Shown: piece by piece, positions 12,991 through 22,395 of the stretch | Numbering within the stretch: position 1 is the first letter of the stretch | Layout of the letters: each line of letters opens with the position of its first letter | Assembly (NCBI GenBank): GCA_963666315.2 | Contig: CAXXHG010000018.1 | Location: 64,001-128,000 of the forward strand | Source of the DNA: Candidatus Binatia bacterium | GTDB lineage: Bacteria > Desulfobacterota > Binatia > Bin18 | Length of the DNA stretch: 64,000 nt | Reading direction: 5' to 3' | Notes under the pieces: generated by a model | The model's input: the letters and a program-made list of their open reading frames with translations, nothing else | Databases searched by the model: none | Told to the model about the DNA's origin: nothing | Program-made: the position numbers and the translations under genes

Positions 12991-14118
12991 ATGGATTTCG
13001 GTTTATCGGAAGAACAAGACTTGCTGCAAAGTTCAGCCAGAGCGTTTCTCGCCCAAGAATGTCCGCCACAGTTCGTGCGCGCCCTGCTGGACGACAAAGA
13101 CGGCTTCTCAGCTGAGCTGCATCGTAAGATGGCGGAGCTGGGCTGGACCGGCTTACTCATCCCAGAGAAATACAGCGGCCTGGGGCTCAGCATGCTCGAT
13201 ATGGCCCTGCTCCTGGAAGAAATGGGCAGAGCCGTTGTGCCCGGTCCGTTTCTCTTTTCGTCTGTGCTGGCCACATTCGCCATTATGCAGGGTGGCAGTG
13301 CGGAGCAGAAAAAAGCCTGGTTACCACGGCTTGCTGCGGGTGAAGCGATTGGCACCTTGGCATTTCTTGAAGCCAGTGATCGTCTTGACGCGGCTGGGAT
13401 CACGCTCAAAGCCAAGAAACAACACGGCGACTATACACTGAACGGCACCAAGATGTTCGTGCCGTTTGCCTCGGTCGCGGACGTGTTGGTCGTCGCCGTG
13501 CGGACCAGTGGCAAAGGTGAAAAAGGGGTGAGTCTGGTACTGGTGGAACGTGATGCACCAGGCTTGACCATCAAACCGTTAGACATTTTCGACAGCACCC
13601 GGCGTGTGTACGAAGTTTACTTCAAGAATGTACCGATCAGCGGTTTTCTCAGTAAAGAAGGAAAAGGCTGGAAACTGCTTGCTCGGCTTCAGGACATGGC
13701 GTGTATCGCGCTCGCCGCAGACAGTCTGGGCGGAGCGCAGCAGGCGCTGCACATGGCAGTCGAGTACACCAAGGTCCGCGAGCAGTTTAATAGCCCCATC
13801 GCCTCCTTTCAGGCCCTCAAACATATGGCGGCAGAAATGGTAAGCGACATTGAACCTGCCCGGTCGTTGGTATGGTACGCTGCCTACGCCTTTGCGACTC
13901 ACTCCCGCAAGACATCTCGCGCGGCATCTGTCGCCAAGGCACGGCTGTCTGATGTGTATTCGCGCACCACCAACCGCGCGGTCCAGATGCACGGCGGGAT
14001 AGGCTTCACCTGGGAGCACGACATGCACTTTTGGTTCAAGCGGGCCAAGTGGAATGAGTTTGCCTTCGGCGATGCCACCTACCACCGGGAACGCATCGCG
14101 CAATGGGATGGGTTTTAG
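12991..14118 (+). CDS. Acyl-CoA dehydrogenase (FadE-type partner subunit)
   Basis: MDFGLSEEQ, LGWTGLLIPE, VREQFNSPIASFQALKH, QMHGGIGFTWEH; adjacent to the previous ACAD as in heteromeric FadE pairs. Confidence 0.93.
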   Translation: MDFGLSEEQDLLQSSARAFLAQECPPQFVRALLDDKDGFSAELHRKMAELGWTGLLIPEKYSGLGLSMLDMALLLEEMGRAVVPGPFLFSSVLATFAIMQGGSAEQKKAWLPRLAAGEAIGTLAFLEASDRLDAAGITLKAKKQHGDYTLNGTKMFVPFASVADVLVVAVRTSGKGEKGVSLVLVERDAPGLTIKPLDIFDSTRRVYEVYFKNVPISGFLSKEGKGWKLLARLQDMACIALAADSLGGAQQALHMAVEYTKVREQFNSPIASFQALKHMAAEMVSDIEPARSLVWYAAYAFATHSRKTSRAASVAKARLSDVYSRTTNRAVQMHGGIGFTWEHDMHFWFKRAKWNEFAFGDATYHRERIAQWDGF

Positions 14119-14174
14119 TAGACTTTTCCGTCATTCAGGCTAAGTGTTGTCACGACGCCGAGAGAGGCATCCCT

Positions 14175-14897
14175 ATGTATATATCTTTGGTCTTTGCAAT
14201 CTTCTTTTGCTGTATCAGTCCACTCGTAACTGCCCACGCTCTGCCCGAACCCCACATTCCCATGGGTGCACTATGGCAGATGACGCTTGCGCAAACAGAG
14301 GGATTATCCAGCCTTGATCGGCAAATCGACGGGAGCCTCAAGGCAGCGGCAACGATTCGCTCTGGCGCAGAAATCGTCCTGTATGCCACGTGGAAGGAAC
14401 GGACCGTTACGTTTCGGATTGATCGCAACTTTGGTTTGCACGCCATTGGCATCGAGCTCGTACCTGAAACGATCCAGCATTCTCCAACTGCAGGCGATGC
14501 CGAATTACGCGATCTCCAGTACCGTGCCCCCATGCGGATTGCCGTCGTCAACAAATATGGCAAGCCACACGGTATCTCTCGCCTGTGGGACGCACTCGAC
14601 GTGAATGCGCTGCAGGCCTCCATGTGGAAAGAAACTCATGTGACCGATTGGTTCTACACCTTGTCCTGGCTGATTTGGGAAGGCCAGGCGACACGGATTG
14701 CAGTGGGCGAACAGGAAGTCTGGTATGTGAGCCAAGCGTGGCTCGAGCGGCGGAAGCAGGCCAGAGCCTTACTTAAACGGCATGCACTCGCGGCCCAAGA
14801 CAGCGATCTGGTACGCCAGGCCGAACGACAGGAACGCCTCGACCGGGCACGTGAGGCTATCCCCGCTCGGGCGGAGGAGTTCGAGCCGTTGCTCTAA
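14175..14897 (+). CDS. Hypothetical exported protein
   Basis: GAGAGG RBS, ATG 14175; signal-peptide-like N-terminus (…VTAHA); charged coiled-coil C-terminus. Confidence 0.7.
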   Translation: MYISLVFAIFFCCISPLVTAHALPEPHIPMGALWQMTLAQTEGLSSLDRQIDGSLKAAATIRSGAEIVLYATWKERTVTFRIDRNFGLHAIGIELVPETIQHSPTAGDAELRDLQYRAPMRIAVVNKYGKPHGISRLWDALDVNALQASMWKETHVTDWFYTLSWLIWEGQATRIAVGEQEVWYVSQAWLERRKQARALLKRHALAAQDSDLVRQAERQERLDRAREAIPARAEEFEPLL

Positions 14898-14955
14898 TCA
14901 ATTCAATGGAACGCTGCCCCTCTTTCCCGTATCTTATTGAGCAGAGGAACCTATC

Positions 14956-15714
14956 ATGACCTCCGTTCAACGGAATCATTTACCTCAGAGACAGCAGCAA
15001 CTACAAGTGTGGAGAGGGCAGCTGTGCCAACTCTTCCGGAGGCTAATCCTCTGGAGGATCCACTTGTCTCTGCTGTTCTTAATGGTCGCTTCCACTACAA
15101 GTTTGTTATGGGTCTCTTCAGTCCGCGTCTCGGCAAATACAGCTCAGTACCTCTTTGTTCAAACCGAGCCTGTGCCTGGACTGCAGCGCTGCAGCCTGGG
15201 TGGAGGCGGCAGTAATGGTAGTATGACCTCACGAACTCCCTTCAAGGTCAGACTGACCGGCTTCCTGCATACAAGCACCAAGCAGCAGGCAATCCTCGGG
15301 CTTGTAACGTTCGATATTTCTTCACTCAACAAATCATATCTATTCGCACTCGCCACCTTGGAAGCGGTCGACCAACCCCGGATATCTCCACGTAAAATTC
15401 TCCGGACGATTCGGAGGTACGAAAACAACTTCGACGTGGTCGGCTCCTCTCAGCTCCTTTCCAGGATCGCTAATGCAGAGCCAGGCACCTATATCACTCT
15501 GACCGGTTTCTTAACCCTGCGGAACAGGCGGCTGCAGATTGTGGCAGTAGAGACACAGCCGTATGGCGCCCAGAATGGGCTTTCCGCACACCCGCCCAGA
15601 AACCAACGCTATCCTGCGCACGTCCTCGCTGAACAACAGCGGAGGCGTCCCACATCGAGTGCGCCTTCACAGGCAGAGTCATCGGGGCCTTCAGACCAAG
15701 ACAAGCCGGTTTAA
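14956..15714 (+). CDS. Hypothetical membrane-anchored or exported protein
   Basis: GAGGA RBS; 252-aa ORF with one hydrophobic segment; no family recognised. Confidence 0.6.
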   Translation: MTSVQRNHLPQRQQQLQVWRGQLCQLFRRLILWRIHLSLLFLMVASTTSLLWVSSVRVSANTAQYLFVQTEPVPGLQRCSLGGGGSNGSMTSRTPFKVRLTGFLHTSTKQQAILGLVTFDISSLNKSYLFALATLEAVDQPRISPRKILRTIRRYENNFDVVGSSQLLSRIANAEPGTYITLTGFLTLRNRRLQIVAVETQPYGAQNGLSAHPPRNQRYPAHVLAEQQRRRPTSSAPSQAESSGPSDQDKPV

Positions 15715-15990
15715 TATTTGGCTTGCGAGCAAAGGGTTATACACGAAGGGCTGGGATACTCGAATCGCAGGAGAGAGCGTATGGCCGATCGGAGCGTGCA
15801 ATCAGAAAGATCGTGCAGAACGATCATGAAGTCGCGGATCGTCTCTTTCAGTGCCTGAGTTCTACAAGGCTGCCGCTGTAGACCGGATAAGGACGAACAG
15901 ACCACAGAGGTCAAATAGGCCCAGTCCCATCAGTATGCCCGGAGGAATAACGTCGGGCCCGTTCTTGCCACTTCTTAAAACGAGGGGAGG

Positions 15991-16212
15991 TTACTCCTCT
16001 TCCTCTTCGAGTCCAGCCCACTGGTCTGGAAGTGGCTGCGGACCAGGGCGAATACCGGCAATGTCCGGGTCCTCCTCGCCCTCAATGCGCGGAATCTCGA
16101 CTTTGCGTGCCTTTGCCTCGCGCCTCCGCTCAGCTTTCTCCTTTTGCTTCTGTTGGCGGTCCCGTTCCCGCTGGCGCTTGAGAAAACTTGTGGGTTTTGC
16201 TCTACCTGGCAT
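15991..16212 (-). CDS. Small basic/acidic conserved hypothetical protein, co-transcribed with the RRM protein
   Basis: MPGRAKPTSFLKRQRERDRQQKQKEKAERRR...EDPDIAGIRPGPQP; starts 1 nt after the RRM stop. Confidence 0.8.
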   Translation of the reverse strand: MPGRAKPTSFLKRQRERDRQQKQKEKAERRREAKARKVEIPRIEGEEDPDIAGIRPGPQPLPDQWAGLEEEEE

Positions 16213-16213
16213 C

Positions 16214-16477
16214 CTACCACCGTCGCTCGCGGCGCTCTCGGGGCCGGGCTTCGTTCACCGTTAAGGGACGCCCCATAAACTCATGTTCGTGGAACCGTTC
16301 AACCGCGGCCCTAGCCTCATCGTCGTTTTCCATTTCAATAAAGCCGAATCCACGAGATCGCCCACTCTCCCGATCCGTAATAATATTGGCCGACGTGACC
16401 GCTCCGACTTCACCGAACAACGCTTCGAGATCAGCCGGGGTTGCGTCCCACGAGAGATTTCCGACAAATAACTTCAT
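16214..16477 (-). CDS. RNA recognition motif (RRM) RNA-binding protein
   Basis: KLFVGNL (RNP2), RSRGFGFIEM (RNP1), GRPLTVNEARP; GAGGAGG RBS. Confidence 0.95.
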   Translation of the reverse strand: MKLFVGNLSWDATPADLEALFGEVGAVTSANIITDRESGRSRGFGFIEMENDDEARAAVERFHEHEFMGRPLTVNEARPRERRERRW

Positions 16478-16834
16478 CACAACAGTTGCCTCCTCTGGCA
16501 AGAAAATAGTCCCGGCGATCTATCGAGAGTTCGTCTGGGTACCATTCTTACAAATCATATAAATGCGCAGTCCGATAGGGGTATAAATTTTTCCGTACTC
16601 CTCTTTCACAGTGCACCCCTCTACTATCTTCACAACCGTATCATATCTGTCAGAGCAGAATCATCGAAAAGAGCGCCCCTGTCGCAAGCTTTGCTTTTCA
16701 GGACATATACCCCTCGTTGTCCTACAAACCCTCCCCTCCGACTTCAAGGGCGGCCAACTCTAGAGAATCTTTGCTTGCACTGCTCATGGGCAGTGGTATG
16801 ATCTGACTGAATTTTGCAGTATGGAGGGGGTCGT

Positions 16835-18004
16835 ATGCTCAGTCCCGAAAATCTACCCAGTCTCCCTATGTCGGGCGTGGTTGACGCCGACGGCCACATT
16901 CTTGAGGCCCCCGATTTATGGGAGCAATATTTAGAACCTCAGTACCGCGACCGTGCGGTACGTATCCGTAAAGACGCCGACGGTCTGGAATATCTTGAGG
17001 TGAATGGCAAGCCATCCAAAATGACGCGTAAGGGTGCCCCATCTGGACTCGGCGTGATGGATCGGCTCGGAGGCATTGAATACAAGCGCGAACCCACTGG
17101 TTCAGGCTATGTAGACAACGCGTCGTTTGGTTCTATGGACCCCAAAGAACGGCTGAAACGCTTGGATATCGAGAACATCGAGAAGGTATTTCTCTACCCG
17201 ACCATTGGCCTGCTGTGGGAACCTGAGTGTGAAGATCTTGAGTTGTCCATGGCCTATGCCCGAGCCTATAACCGTTGGTTGGTGGACTTTTGTTCGGACT
17301 CGGACGGCCGGCTCATTCCCATCGCCCATATTCCTATTGGCATTCCGGAGCTGGCTGAAGAAGAACTACGCCGAGCGGCCAAGGACGGTATGAAAGGTTT
17401 CTTTGTCGCGCCTTATATTTGGAGCCGCAAAGCGCATGGCCATCCTGACCATGATCGGGTATTTGCCGCAGCCCAAGAACTGGATATGCCGTTTGGCATC
17501 CACCCGTCTTTTGAACCACACTGGGCTGTCCCAACCCGCTTTGGCCGCATGACCAGCTTTTCTACGGCATTCTATCAAAACATCACTGGAGGAGATGCCA
17601 TCCGGGGCGGCTTCACCTCGCTGTTTCAATACGGCGTATTCGACAAATTCCCGGATCTCAAGGTCATTATACTAGAAATCGGTGCGGGCTGGATTGGCTA
17701 TTGGCTGGAGCGTATGGACGCGGTGTATGAATCGCCCCTCGGCAAGAGTGTCCCCCTCAAAAACAAACCAAGCGAGTACTTCCGCCGACAGTGTTGGATC
17801 TCAGGCGACCCGGATGAACGCTCACTGGCCGGCGTGATTCCTTTTGTGGGCAAGGATCGATTTTTCTGGGCGAGCGATTTCCCGCATGCCGACCATCCAC
17901 CGGAATACATTCCCAATTTGATTGAGTTAATAAATCTGATGTCCGAGTCGGTACGAGAAGGCATATTGGGCAAGAACGTGCTCACATGCTACGGCATGGA
18001 CTAA
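16835..18004 (+). CDS. Amidohydrolase_2 family protein
   Basis: GGAGG RBS; DADGHILE, LYPT, RAYNRW, GIHP, ILEIGAGW, WASDFPHAD. Confidence 0.92.
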   Translation: MLSPENLPSLPMSGVVDADGHILEAPDLWEQYLEPQYRDRAVRIRKDADGLEYLEVNGKPSKMTRKGAPSGLGVMDRLGGIEYKREPTGSGYVDNASFGSMDPKERLKRLDIENIEKVFLYPTIGLLWEPECEDLELSMAYARAYNRWLVDFCSDSDGRLIPIAHIPIGIPELAEEELRRAAKDGMKGFFVAPYIWSRKAHGHPDHDRVFAAAQELDMPFGIHPSFEPHWAVPTRFGRMTSFSTAFYQNITGGDAIRGGFTSLFQYGVFDKFPDLKVIILEIGAGWIGYWLERMDAVYESPLGKSVPLKNKPSEYFRRQCWISGDPDERSLAGVIPFVGKDRFFWASDFPHADHPPEYIPNLIELINLMSESVREGILGKNVLTCYGMD

Positions 18005-18132
18005 GGACGGGGACGACGTAGCCATACCAACACACAACAGGAGACGAGAGCGCGCGGTATCAGCCGGCGGTCAAAGAAGTCATTCAGTGCCGCTACGGCT
18101 TCTTTGATGCCCATCTGCCGCACGGCCGGATT

Positions 18133-18522
18133 TTGAAGACATATCAATATCCGCATGAGCGGGAGGGCCGGCCGGTCGCCCCTACAGCAGAGGTATACGT
18201 GCCCTCGTTTACTACGATTAAGCGGTACGCACTAGAATATATTGACCGCTACTTCGCTGCTGCTCTCTCAGCGACAAACCTCCACGACTGGGCACTCGCC
18301 CATCCAACCTTTACCAACCCCAAAGCGCTCGATAACGATGAAGACTGGGCGCTCAATAATACCCTAGCGTTAATGATAGCGCTGGCAGACACAGCTAAAG
18401 TACAAGCACAAGTCGAGGAGCAATTGAGACAGGCACGCCGGTTTCTGGCTGGAGAACAAGCACTACCAAAAGATCGTTGGCCCGTGGGTTTATTGAGCAC
18501 AAAGGATAGGGGCGGTTCATGA
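18133..18522 (+). CDS. Hypothetical protein (start uncertain, possibly 5'-truncated)
   Basis: The frame is open from about 18022 but has no ATG or RBS; the TTG start is weak. Confidence 0.45.
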   Translation: MKTYQYPHEREGRPVAPTAEVYVPSFTTIKRYALEYIDRYFAAALSATNLHDWALAHPTFTNPKALDNDEDWALNNTLALMIALADTAKVQAQVEEQLRQARRFLAGEQALPKDRWPVGLLSTKDRGGS

Positions 18523-18536
18523 AGAACCGCCCCTAT
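18506..18536. terminator. 13-bp perfect hairpin between convergent genes (REP-like or terminator)
   Basis: ATAGGGGCGGTTC-ATGAA-GAACCGCCCCTAT; no clear U-tract. Confidence 0.6.
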
Positions 18537-18560
18537 ACATCAAATCCAGGAAAATCAGCC

Positions 18561-19220
18561 TTATTTCGGCTGGGGAACGATACGCAGATATGGTTTCGGT
18601 GCTTTCCAGCCCCCGGGATACTTTTCCTTCGCCTCGTCGTCGGAAACGGAAGGCACGATGATCACATCGTCGCCCTGCTTCCAGTTCACCGGCGTCGCGA
18701 CTTTATGTTGCGCCGTCAATTGGCAAGAATCCAGCACCCGCAGGACTTCATCGAAGTTTCGCCCCGTGCTCATAGGATAGGTAATCATGAGTTTGATCTT
18801 CTTGTCCGGACCGACGACAAAAACCGACCGCACCGTTGCATTATCGACCGCCGTACGCCCCTGCGCTGTCCCACTCGCGTTCGGGTGGATCATGTCGTAT
18901 AGCTTGGCAACGGTGAGATCCGTATCGCCAATCAGCGGATACGTTACGGCATTGCCCTGAGTCTCTTCGATATCTTTGACCCATTCCGTGTGATCGGATA
19001 CGGGATCAACGCTCAGCCCGATAATCTTACAGTTACGCTTCTCAAATTCCGGCTTGAGGCCGGCCATATAGCCGAGCTCAGTGGTACAAACCGGGGTGAA
19101 ATCCTTGGGGTGCGAGAAAAGAATGGCCCAGCCATCCCCGACCCATTCATGAAAATTGATCATTCCCTGCGTCGTCTCCACCGTAAAATTGGGAGCTTCC
19201 TCACCGATATGTAGCGCCAT
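18561..19220 (-). CDS. 1-Cys peroxiredoxin (Prx6 family)
   Basis: FSHPKDFTPVCTTELG, YPMSTGRNFDE, ATPVNW, KPYLR. Confidence 0.96.
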   Translation of the reverse strand: MALHIGEEAPNFTVETTQGMINFHEWVGDGWAILFSHPKDFTPVCTTELGYMAGLKPEFEKRNCKIIGLSVDPVSDHTEWVKDIEETQGNAVTYPLIGDTDLTVAKLYDMIHPNASGTAQGRTAVDNATVRSVFVVGPDKKIKLMITYPMSTGRNFDEVLRVLDSCQLTAQHKVATPVNWKQGDDVIIVPSVSDDEAKEKYPGGWKAPKPYLRIVPQPK

Positions 19221-19345
19221 CGTTCACCTCCTTAAGGATAATACCGTTCATTGTTCATATTGAGATGAGATCATTCGATTAGACCGGCTCGTTTATAACG
19301 CCTTCCAGAACGAAGTGGAAGAGGGGTTTTGTCTCAACGTGAGCC

Positions 19346-19555
19346 TTACATATTCAGCCGAAAGCCGACTTTGATCTTGACCTGAAATTCATTCACCTTG
19401 CCGTCCTGGATCATCCCCCGCACCTCGATTACCTAAAACCAGTCTAAATTTTTTAACGTCTAGTTTGCCCGTGCGATCGCATTCTGAATAGCCTCTTCAA
19501 TCGAGTTTCCCGATACTCCGACTAACTCAATCAACTTATACGTCTTGTCTGGCAT
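19346..19555 (-). pseudogene. Dodecin (flavin-binding) gene with two in-frame TAG codons
   Basis: Not in the ORF track. MPDKTYKLIELVGVSGNSIEEAIQNAIARAN*TLKNLDWF*VIEVRGMIQDGKVNEFQVKIKVGFRLNM*, with TAG at 19462-19460 and 19435-19433; full length, no indels. Confidence 0.88.
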
Positions 19556-19606
19556 AGCTCTTCCCTTCCGTCGTGACACCGAGTGTTTGAGGGGCTTACC
19601 CCGCTT

Positions 19607-19846
19607 TTAGCCCTCTAGCCAGGCCTTCATCTCTTCGTCACTCAAATAGCGAAAGCCCACATCAAGCGTGACTTGATACTCCCCGACTGTGCCGCCGACA
19701 ACTGTCCCGCGGAGCGCCTTGACTTCAAACCAATTGAGCGCCTTGAGCGTCTTATTCGATTGCTCGATCGCATTACTCACCACAGCCGATATCGACTGCT
19801 CCGAAGTTCCTACAATCTCGGTAATAACATAGGTTTTATCCGGTAT
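19607..19846 (-). CDS. Dodecin paralog with ATA at the expected start
   Basis: AAGGAGGGAGG RBS then CAT-ATA-CCG-GAT; (I)PDKTYVITEIVGTSEQSISAVVSNAI...LNWFEV...EYQVTLDVGFR is collinear with the neighbour's MPDKTY. Confidence 0.75.
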   Translation of the reverse strand: MPDKTYVITEIVGTSEQSISAVVSNAIEQSNKTLKALNWFEVKALRGTVVGGTVGEYQVTLDVGFRYLSDEEMKAWLEG

Positions 19847-19975
19847 ATGCCTCCCTCCTTTCCGGTTATGACAGTGTTGATGCTCAGTCTGAGCTTCCAC
19901 TTGCCTCCGATCTACTCCGTATTCTCTGCCCCGCAGCTCTCCCCTGTCAACCATAGAATCTTTTCAATAGAACCG

Positions 19976-20389
19976 TCATTGGTCGAATTCACGATAATTC
20001 ACCACCCGCCAGCCGTCCGTCTGGCTGCGTACCGTCAACAGAATATTCTTCGTAAACCGGCCAGCACCATCAACATCGAAGTGGGCCTCATACAGGAAGG
20101 AAATGCTCGCTTCACCACGCGGAGTTTCCTCAACGAGCTGGTAATACACCCGCGGTTGTCGCGTTGCCGCATCAATGGGTTGTCCTGCGGTCAGCTGAAT
20201 TTCTTCCTCTAGCCGACTGCGGGCGAAACCAGTGCAATAGGCTTTAGCAGCCTGGAGATCAATCTGCACATAATGCGCATCGAGAAAGCGTTCAGCCGTC
20301 CCCCTGGCGGTATTGGAGTCAGGCTGACACCCACTGACAAGAAGGAGAACGGGGAAAAAGACACTCAAGACAAAATGAAACAATTGCAC
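19976..20389 (-). CDS. Putative lipoprotein
   Basis: AAGGGAG RBS; signal peptide with LVSG|C lipobox; C-terminus ends GWRVVNY. Confidence 0.75.
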   Translation of the reverse strand: MQLFHFVLSVFFPVLLLVSGCQPDSNTARGTAERFLDAHYVQIDLQAAKAYCTGFARSRLEEEIQLTAGQPIDAATRQPRVYYQLVEETPRGEASISFLYEAHFDVDGAGRFTKNILLTVRSQTDGWRVVNYREFDQ

Positions 20390-20404
20390 ATCACTCCCTT
20401 CGCC

Positions 20405-20695
20405 CTAGGATTTCTTTTTAAACAAGGCATCTAATTGCGCCCGGGCATCGCCTCCCATTGGACGTGAGGCAGGGAACGACGGCGGGGTGAGACTAAAGAA
20501 GTCACAAAAGTTTGCGGCTTCCTTATTTTGAACCAATTCGGCGTTCGGTTCACGGCACACATCGGCAGAACGAACATCATAAAAGGAACAGTTCCGACAA
20601 CACCGCAACTCCGCTCCGCATTCAGGACACGTCTCACGCCGCCCAATGGGACCTACCAGCGCAATCTCTGCTTGGCACTGATGACACACTCGCAT
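20405..20695 (-). CDS. Cys-rich zinc-ribbon hypothetical protein
   Basis: CHQC, CPEC, CRNC, CREP...ANFCDFF, and a C-terminal LDALFKK; divergent from xerC. Confidence 0.8.
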   Translation of the reverse strand: MRVCHQCQAEIALVGPIGRRETCPECGAELRCCRNCSFYDVRSADVCREPNAELVQNKEAANFCDFFSLTPPSFPASRPMGGDARAQLDALFKKKS

Positions 20696-20803
20696 GGCCG
20701 CCTCTTTTGCGCTGCTCATTCTATGCTCCGAGCTCTGCCCACGCACTCACTTTCTTAGAGTCCGACTTGTTGATACCATTGAGAAGGCTAGATTGAAATT
20801 CCC

Positions 20804-21742
20804 ATGACATCGGAACTCCACGATCTATGTGATCGCTATATGCTGTATCTACGGGTAGAGAAAAGTGTCTCCGCCCATACCTTGCGCAACTACCTCAGCG
20901 ATCTGCACCAATTTTTCATTTTTATTGAAAAGCCTCATGACCGGGCCGCATCCCGTCCGGTTGATGTGACACACATCACCCATCATATGATCCATGCCTT
21001 TCTGTCCACCTTGTATCGACGGCATACAAAAAGTTCGATAGGCCGAAAATTGTCAGCACTCAAGAGCTTTTTTCGCTTTCTAGTACGAGAAACGATTATT
21101 GAGCAAGACCCCACTCTGCAGGTGAGTTCGCCTAAGAAAGACCATCCACTGCCTAATTATCTGCCGGTCGACGATATGTTCCGTCTGTTAGACACCCCGG
21201 CACGTGATACTCCAGCGGGCCTACGCGACCGGGCTATCCTGGAAGCGCTCTATTCCTGCGGTCTGCGGGTCAGTGAGCTCACGAGTCTCAATTGGAATGA
21301 TATCGATGCAAACCTCGAAGTCCTGCGCGTGACGGGAAAGGGGCAGAAAGAGCGCATTGTCCCGATTGGGAGCAACGCACTCGCAGCGCTCCAACGCTAC
21401 CGCACCGAGATTCCAGCCTTGCTAGGCAATCACTACCAGCCCGGATCTCCGGAGGCACATGCGTCAACACCCATCTTTTTGAATCAACGCGGCGGCCGCT
21501 TGACAACCCGCAGCATTGCCCGGCTCGTGACGGCGTATGCCAAACAATGCGGCATAGCGCTCAAAACCAGTCCGCATGCCCTACGGCATACATTCGCCAC
21601 GCACTTACTAGATGCTGGGGCCGACCTCCGCGCCATTCAGGAACTGTTAGGACACGCCAGCCTCTCGACAACCCAAATATATACGCATGTCAATTTGGAC
21701 CGACTCACCCAAGTGTATGACAAGGCGCACCCCCGCGCCTAG
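20804..21742 (+). CDS. xerC: Tyrosine recombinase XerC
   Basis: SAHTLRNYLSDL, RDRAILEALYSCGLRVSEL, GKGQKERIVP, PHALRHTFATHLL, LLGHASLSTTQIYTH, HPRA; upstream of hslVU. Confidence 0.93.
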   Translation: MTSELHDLCDRYMLYLRVEKSVSAHTLRNYLSDLHQFFIFIEKPHDRAASRPVDVTHITHHMIHAFLSTLYRRHTKSSIGRKLSALKSFFRFLVRETIIEQDPTLQVSSPKKDHPLPNYLPVDDMFRLLDTPARDTPAGLRDRAILEALYSCGLRVSELTSLNWNDIDANLEVLRVTGKGQKERIVPIGSNALAALQRYRTEIPALLGNHYQPGSPEAHASTPIFLNQRGGRLTTRSIARLVTAYAKQCGIALKTSPHALRHTFATHLLDAGADLRAIQELLGHASLSTTQIYTHVNLDRLTQVYDKAHPRA

Positions 21743-21869
21743 CCTCACAAGCAGGACCGGTTCGAGTCCAATATTAAGGAAAAGCACGCACAGGTCGTCT
21801 ACATAACATTATCGCAGGAGCGTCCCGTCGGAGAACGGACGCGTAGTGAATACAACGATGAATACAACC

Positions 21870-22394
21870 ATGCACGGAACAACTATTCTTACGGTTCGTC
21901 ATGACGGTAAAGTCGCTATGGCTGGCGATGGCCAAGTCAGTATGGGAGACACGGTTGTGAAGCATGCAGCGCGCAAGGTGCGCCGTCTCCACAACGACCG
22001 TATTCTGGCTGGATTTGCAGGCGGCACCGCCGACGCCATCACCTTATGCGAAAAGTTTGAAGACAAGCTGGAAGAGTATAACGGCAATCTTCGACGGGCG
22101 GCGGTCGAACTCGCCCGGGACTGGCGGACGGACCGGGTCCTACGGCATCTCGAAGCCCTTATGGCGGTGGTCGATAACGAGTCGTCATTGCTGATCTCCG
22201 GGAGCGGGGATGTACTTGAGCCCGATGACGGGATCTTGGCCATTGGGTCCGGGGGCAACTATGCGCTTGCCGCCGCACGCGCGTTAGTGAGCCACACCGC
22301 GCTTGACGCTGTCACCATAGTCGAAGAAGCCATGCGCATCGCCAGCGCTATTTGCGTATATACCAACGACCAAATCGCAGTGGAGGAGTTGTAA
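21870..22394 (+). CDS. hslV: ATP-dependent protease subunit HslV
   Basis: MHG|TTIL (Thr nucleophile), [28 protein letters not shown]. Alternative starts at 21846 and 21858 arise from a 12-bp tandem repeat. Confidence 0.97.
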   Translation: MHGTTILTVRHDGKVAMAGDGQVSMGDTVVKHAARKVRRLHNDRILAGFAGGTADAITLCEKFEDKLEEYNGNLRRAAVELARDWRTDRVLRHLEALMAVVDNESSLLISGSGDVLEPDDGILAIGSGGNYALAAARALVSHTALDAVTIVEEAMRIASAICVYTNDQIAVEEL

Positions 22395-22395
22395 T

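Noticed and set aside
15715-15990. Intergenic stretch as a possible ncRNA or gene remnant
   Set aside because: I found no recognisable RNA-family motif, strong hairpin or protein similarity by eye.
19346-19555. Genome-wide TAG reassignment (alternative genetic code), suggested by the in-frame TAGs in the dodecin and MetE-like remnants
   Set aside because: Conserved genes end at TAG exactly where expected (xerC HPRA*, both ACADs at 12935 and 14118, purM), and no core gene contains an internal TAG.
20804-21742. Tyrosine recombinase as a prophage or ICE integrase
   Set aside because: XerC-type motifs and the xerC-hslV-hslU synteny indicate the housekeeping enzyme; no phage genes, att sites or dif site were seen.
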